IMG/VR virus record: IMGVR_UViG_3300042510_000028
Coordinates: 1-32,516 of that record
Source: a virus
Lineage: Duplodnaviria > Caudoviricetes
Length of the DNA stretch: 32,516 bases
Direction: 5' to 3' (one strand)
Made by a program: the position numbers and the translations under genes
The notes under the pieces: model-generated
What the model was told of the DNA's origin: nothing
The model's input: only the letters and a program-made list of their open reading frames with translations
Databases searched by the model: none
Part shown: positions 27,872 to 32,516 of the stretch, piece after piece
Numbering within the stretch: position 1 is the stretch's first letter
Layout of the letters: each line of letters starts with the position of its first letter

Positions 27872-30800
27872 GTGAGTATGTACAACAACGACCCAAGATA
27901 CACTAATCCCCCCGAGGCTGGGCTTGCCTCCCTTTTGGCTTCGCGTGGTCGGAATGGGGATTCTGTGCTTGTGCATATGGCTCCCGAGGAAGCGCAGGGT
28001 TTGCAGTCCTTGGCCGTCGCTCACGGCGGTAGCCTAACGGTCAATCCTCATACGGGGGCGCTTGAAGCCTCGTTCCTCAAGAAGATCCTGCCCCAGATCG
28101 CCGGTGCCGTATTGACTGGCGGATTTGGTATGAATCCGTTTACTGCCGCAGCCACGGTAGGTGCAGTGACTGGGCTAGTTGAAGGTGATCTACAAAAAGG
28201 CTTAATGGCGGGTCTGGGTGCGTACAGCGGTGCCAATATTGCCGGTGCATTTAAAGCAGCGGGAACTCCAACTGCCCCCCCTGAGACAGGTAGCACAGTA
28301 AAAACAGAAGCTCCTCCGACCCCCAAGTTTGGCGCGGTTTCTACCAAGGATCAGATTCTGTACGGTGCACAGGGGCCACGTACATTTGATGTTGATCCAC
28401 TCGCTCGTCAAAACTGGGCGGCGTCAAATACCCCGACCGGTGCTGCACCAATTCAAGCGCAGACTACTGTCAAACCGCCTTCTACATCACCCTCTGGGCT
28501 TGGTGCGCTTGGGCAAGGTGTCCGTAATGTATTCACGGGTCAAGAAGGTGCCGGTGGCAAGTTCATGGAAGCACTTGGCGGTCCGCTAAGTAAATACGCT
28601 ACGTTTGCCGGGGCGATGATCCCATTTGCTGAAGAACCCAAGCCGTTGAATGTTCCGGGCATGGGCGAAGAAACTTTCTATGTGCCGGGTGGATTTAACC
28701 CGCTTTATGGCACGGGTGCTGATCAACCGTATCAACTGCCGGGTAAGTACTACAAGCGCACCAAGAAAGGCGTTGTTCCTATTAATCCGTGGGGTCCGAC
28801 CGGCATGGCGGCTGGCGGTCCAGTGCAAACGGCTAATCAAGATATGAACATGCCGATGCCGTATCCGCATCCGAACCAGAATTACCCGCTCTCTACGGTG
28901 GTCAAGGCTAACTACTCGCCACAGTATCTTTCAAACGTGCCACAGCCCCGCGAGGTGTTGTCTGGTTACGACACGAAGGTTGATCCATTTACGGGTGAAG
29001 AAAAGTTTGCGGCGGGTGGTGAGGCTACTACTACTACCCAAGAAAATCCAAATGTAGTGGCTAACCGTAAGTACGTTGAAGAGCTTAATCGCCGTGCTTT
29101 GAATCCGGTAGTAAATCCATATGGAATGAATTTCGCTGGGGGATTGGGCGGTACAAACACTCCGTGGACGGGTACCAATCCTTATGGTGGACCTTTAACT
29201 CCCCCGGCAGGTGGGACGACGGGTGGATCAACGGGAGGCGGCGCGGGAGATGTCGCTGCCTTTCTGGCCACTCAAGTCGGTATGAATTGGATGATGCAAC
29301 CCGGTAATGCGTTGGCATTGAAAAACTGGATTTCTGGCGGTATGAAGTGGGCTGATCGTCCATTTTTGAACGCAGATAAAACCGCCGGGACTGGTACAGG
29401 AACAAATACCGGAACAGGCCAAACCGGTACTCAAACCGGTGGTGATACAACTGGGCAGACTCAAACTGGCGGCGATACTACTGGACAAACTCAAACTGGT
29501 AGTGGAGAAGGAACACCCCGCTTTGATCCAGTTAAAGGTATCGTAATTGCTGGGGGTACGAGCGCGGCTGCGATTGCAGCGGCCAAGGCTCTTGCTGCTC
29601 AAAAAGGCGTGCTTACAGTTACGCTTTTGGACGGCACTGTTGTCGCAGGTGGAGGTGCCGCTGCTGGTGCAGGTGCGGGTGTCGGCGCTGCTGGCGCTGC
29701 GACTGGTGGTACGGGTGCTGCGACTGGTGGTACGGGTGCTGCTACAACTGGAGCAGGTGCTGGTGGCGGAGCCGGGTCTTCAATCGGTAGTACGTTGGCT
29801 AAGGCCGCTCCGTATGCTGCGTTAGCACTTGGCGCACAACAAGCGTACCAAGGAATCAGCAAAGGTAGGGAAGGTCAGGCTGCGCTTGGCGGCGGTCTTG
29901 CTGGTGCTGGCGGTGCTGCGCTTGCAGGCACGGGTGGATTTGGAAGCATGGCGGGTCTCGCCGCGCTTGGCCCTGCTGCATTGATCGGCGCGGGTATCGC
30001 TGCCATTGGGGCTTCGTTGGTCAATACTAAAGAACAGGGCGACATTGCTCTGCGTAATTACTGGAAAGCCGTTGACCAAGGTCGTGGATTGGGCAGTGCG
30101 CCGCCTGAAGAACTTGCAAACGGATTCATCAACTTCTACCGCACCAACAAAAATGAGTTTGCTGGCCAAGAAAAATACGGACGCAAGGGTAACGAAGATT
30201 TTGTTTACGACATGACCCAGATCGTGAACAACGCGGTGGATAAAGGTATTGTGTCGAAGGACGCGAGTGCCGAAGAGATCTACAAGAAGGCAGTGCAACC
30301 TTGGTTGAACACGATGGGTTCCGGTCCGAAAGATCCGAAAGCCCGTGCTATCCAAGACTTCATGATGACTGACTTAATCTACAACTTCATGCAGGGCAAA
30401 CCGATCAGCAACGCGCAGGTCAAGGGCGACAAGAATTACAAGATTGTTAGCCAGAAGCCCGTCTTTGCTGGTAACGCCCCCGCCGTTGCCGCGACTAAAT
30501 CAGTCATGGAAGAACCACAGTATGGCGCGGGCATGGGAGCATTTGACCCCTACAATCCATACGGTGCCACGATGCAGTTTGCTGATGGCGGTGCTATTGG
30601 TGAGGACTACAACTTCGGCTTTGCTCAAGGTGGTATGCCCGAGTACAAGGCTGGCGGTAAGTTGTTAGATGGTCCGGGCGATGGAATGTCTGACAGCATC
30701 CCTGCCGTGATTCGCGGTAAGGGTGTACAACGTGCTGCGTTGGCTGATGGCGAGTTCGTCATCCCGGCTGATGTGGTATCGCATCTCGGTAATGGCTCCA

Positions 30801-30913
30801 CCAAGGCAGGGGCCAAAAAGCTTTATCAAATGATGGCGCAGGTTCGGAAGGCACGTACGGGCAAAACAAGACAAGCCCCTGCGGTGAAGACTGACCGATT
30901 CTTACCTGCTTAA
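27872..30913 (+). CDS. Large internal virion/ejection-type protein with multiple xxGG motifs and a tape-measure-C-terminus-like domain
   Basis: 1013 aa; Gly/Ala-rich hydrophobic tracts; C-terminal GPGDGMSDSIPA...LADGEFVIPADVV. Confidence 0.72.
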   Translation: MSMYNNDPRYTNPPEAGLASLLASRGRNGDSVLVHMAPEEAQGLQSLAVAHGGSLTVNPHTGALEASFLKKILPQIAGAVLTGGFGMNPFTAAATVGAVTGLVEGDLQKGLMAGLGAYSGANIAGAFKAAGTPTAPPETGSTVKTEAPPTPKFGAVSTKDQILYGAQGPRTFDVDPLARQNWAASNTPTGAAPIQAQTTVKPPSTSPSGLGALGQGVRNVFTGQEGAGGKFMEALGGPLSKYATFAGAMIPFAEEPKPLNVPGMGEETFYVPGGFNPLYGTGADQPYQLPGKYYKRTKKGVVPINPWGPTGMAAGGPVQTANQDMNMPMPYPHPNQNYPLSTVVKANYSPQYLSNVPQPREVLSGYDTKVDPFTGEEKFAAGGEATTTTQENPNVVANRKYVEELNRRALNPVVNPYGMNFAGGLGGTNTPWTGTNPYGGPLTPPAGGTTGGSTGGGAGDVAAFLATQVGMNWMMQPGNALALKNWISGGMKWADRPFLNADKTAGTGTGTNTGTGQTGTQTGGDTTGQTQTGGDTTGQTQTGSGEGTPRFDPVKGIVIAGGTSAAAIAAAKALAAQKGVLTVTLLDGTVVAGGGAAAGAGAGVGAAGAATGGTGAATGGTGAATTGAGAGGGAGSSIGSTLAKAAPYAALALGAQQAYQGISKGREGQAALGGGLAGAGGAALAGTGGFGSMAGLAALGPAALIGAGIAAIGASLVNTKEQGDIALRNYWKAVDQGRGLGSAPPEELANGFINFYRTNKNEFAGQEKYGRKGNEDFVYDMTQIVNNAVDKGIVSKDASAEEIYKKAVQPWLNTMGSGPKDPKARAIQDFMMTDLIYNFMQGKPISNAQVKGDKNYKIVSQKPVFAGNAPAVAATKSVMEEPQYGAGMGAFDPYNPYGATMQFADGGAIGEDYNFGFAQGGMPEYKAGGKLLDGPGDGMSDSIPAVIRGKGVQRAALADGEFVIPADVVSHLGNGSTKAGAKKLYQMMAQVRKARTGKTRQAPAVKTDRFLPA
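29429..29500 (+). repeat. 30-bp coding tandem repeat (TQTGGDTTGQ, about 2.4 copies)
   Basis: ACTCAAAC(C/T)GG units start at 29429, 29459 and 29489. Confidence 0.85.
29696..29737 (+). repeat. Perfect 21-bp tandem duplication (AATGGTG x2)
   Basis: GCTGCGACTGGTGGTACGGGT twice in a row. Confidence 0.9.
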
Positions 30914-30925
30914 TCGGGAGCGATC

Positions 30926-32516
30926 ATGGCTACTGATCCGACATACGTTGAACAAGTTCAATCCAACATCCCGGCATGGATGCAGAAATACGCTGACCAG
31001 CTTTTGGGTAGTGTGTTTGGAGCACAAGATCCCACAACAGGGAAATTTGTACCCGGCTTGATCGGTCAGGGCTATCAGCCCTACATGGTTCCCAAGCGGG
31101 ATGCTCAAGGCAACATCCTCAAAGACGAAGCTGGTAAGCCGATCATGCAGCCGGGGCAACGCACGGCTGAGTTTGTTCCTTTACAGGATCAGGCATTTAA
31201 CAACCTTGCTGGAATGGGCGTCAGTCCCGAACTTGGTCAGGCTGCTGAGATCGCTCGACGTGTTGGTTCCGCAGCAAACTATCCGGCTTACGTACCTGCT
31301 GCTGAGCGGCAGTTTTATACCGATCCTACGTTTGAACGGATGGGGACTACCTTTGAGCGCGTTAATGCTGCGCCGGGTACCTCGTATCAGATGCAGGGTC
31401 CGGAGAATGTCCGTGCGGCTCAGCTTGAACGATTTCAAATGGCTGCTCCCGAACGTGTCGGTATCGGCGCGTTGCAGCAATATCAGATGGGGCCGTATGA
31501 GCGAGTTCGTGCTGATCAGTTCGGTCTTGGCGCGGCTTCTCAATACATGTCGCCGTACATGCAGGAAGTTGTTGACCGGCAGAAGCAAGCCGCTGTTCGT
31601 GACTACGCTCGTCAGTTGCCGGGTCTGAAAGCAGCCGGTGTTCGTGCTGGCGCTTCGGGTGGTACCCGTGAAGCCATTTTGGAATCTGAAGCCCGTCGTA
31701 ACCTTGCCACTCAGTTGGGCGACATTCAGGCGCAGGGTAGTCAAAGCGCATTCCAGCAGGCACAGGCTCAGTACAATGCTGACCGTGCTCGTATGCTTCA
31801 GGCTCAGCAGGCTAACCAAGCCGCTGGTTTGACCACGGGACAACAGAATCTTGCTGCTCAGTTGGGCGTACAACAGTTAGGCACTCAAGCGGGTCTTCAG
31901 GCTGCATTGGCTAATCAGCAAGCGGGTCTCACGACCGGTCAGCAAAATTTGGCTGCGTTGCTCCAGACTCAAGGACTTGGTGCTGGACAGGATTTGCAGG
32001 CTCAACTTGCTAACCAAGCGGCTCAACAGCAGACGGGCCAAACTAACCTACAGGCAATAATCAACCAGCAACAGTTTGGTGCGGGTCAGGGCTTGCAAGC
32101 ACAGCAGTTGAATCAGGCCGCGCAGCTTCAAAACCAGCAGCAGGCTTTGGCTCAGTTGGCTCAAGCCAACCAGTTCAACCAGCAGAATGCTCAGCAACGC
32201 GCTCAGTACGGTCTGGCTGGTGCGAACCTTGCTGAGCAGTCACGTCAGTTTGGTGCGGGTCTTGGTTTGCAGGGTCTGCAACAGCAATTGGCTGCGGCGG
32301 GTGCCTTGGGCGGTCTCGGTATGCAGGGTTACCAGCAGGGTATGGGTATTGCTCAGGCTCAGTTGGGTGCTGGCGGTCAGCAGCAAGCCTTCAATCAGCA
32401 GATGCTCAATCAGCAGTACCAAGACTTCATTAACCAACAGCAGTTTCCGTACAAGCAGGCTGAGTTTGGAATGGGTATCCTCCGTGGACTCCCGGCAACA
32501 GGTCAGACTTCAACCT
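30926..32516 (+). CDS. Gln/Ala/Gly-rich ejection (DNA pilot-like) protein, truncated by window end; absent from the ORF track
   Basis: GGGAG RBS then ATG 30926 (MATDPTYVEQVQSNIPAWMQKY...); frame appears open to the end (...QQYQDFINQQQFPYKQ...); contains YMSPYMQEVV and 33-aa repeats. Confidence 0.85.
   Translation, partial: MATDPTYVEQVQSNIPAWMQKYADQLLGSVFGAQDPTTGKFVPGLIGQGYQPYMVPKRDAQGNILKDEAGKPIMQPGQRTAEFVPLQDQAFNNLAGMGVSPELGQAAEIARRVGSAANYPAYVPAAERQFYTDPTFERMGTTFERVNAAPGTSYQMQGPENVRAAQLERFQMAAPERVGIGALQQYQMGPYERVRADQFGLGAASQYMSPYMQEVVDRQKQAAVRDYARQLPGLKAAGVRAGASGGTREAILESEARRNLATQLGDIQAQGSQSAFQQAQAQYNADRARMLQAQQANQAAGLTTGQQNLAAQLGVQQLGTQAGLQAALANQQAGLTTGQQNLAALLQTQGLGAGQDLQAQLANQAAQQQTGQTNLQAIINQQQFGAGQGLQAQQLNQAAQLQNQQQALAQLAQANQFNQQNAQQRAQYGLAGANLAEQSRQFGAGLGLQGLQQQLAAAGALGGLGMQGYQQGMGIAQAQLGAGGQQQAFNQQMLNQQYQDFINQQQFPYKQAEFGMGILRGLPATGQTST

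Noticed and set aside
29400-29760. CRISPR-like array
   Set aside because: Repeats are in-frame tandem coding units without unique spacers.
31101-31873. ORF-track calls of 175, 230 and 133 aa
   Set aside because: The real gene is the frame starting at 30926, which the track missed because it has no stop inside the window.

Overview
The window is a continuous + strand late (morphogenesis) region of a tailed dsDNA phage with a podovirus-like, P22/T7-type short-tail layout; there is no sheath, tail tube or classical tape-measure cassette. Gene order: probable terminase small subunit, terminase large subunit, portal, GroES-like co-chaperonin, scaffold, two accessory head genes, Mu gpT-like major capsid protein, a terminator followed by a pseudoknotted ncRNA candidate (resembling the Mu-gpT-DE motif), a cluster of small Lys/Gly-rich proteins, head-tail adaptors, several tail fibre/receptor-binding proteins (two with peptidase S74 chaperone ends), holin, GH24 lysozyme, tail nozzle, and large low-complexity ejection-type proteins, the last one truncated by the window end. 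The most interesting signals are: (1) a [M/F/Y]-[A/K/R]-x-G-G motif repeated across five small basic proteins and five times in a 1013-aa internal protein, plus a thrice-repeated ASxRADGxAxxGxTxG tail, which suggests an undescribed capsid-cargo targeting or processing system; (2) the three-helix interlocked RNA that abuts the next gene's ribosome-binding site; (3) a modular, apparently branched fibre system with shared N-terminal docking peptides; (4) a Gln-rich protein with 33-aa (3x11) periodicity. All family assignments come from motif recognition and synteny by eye; no database searches were run.
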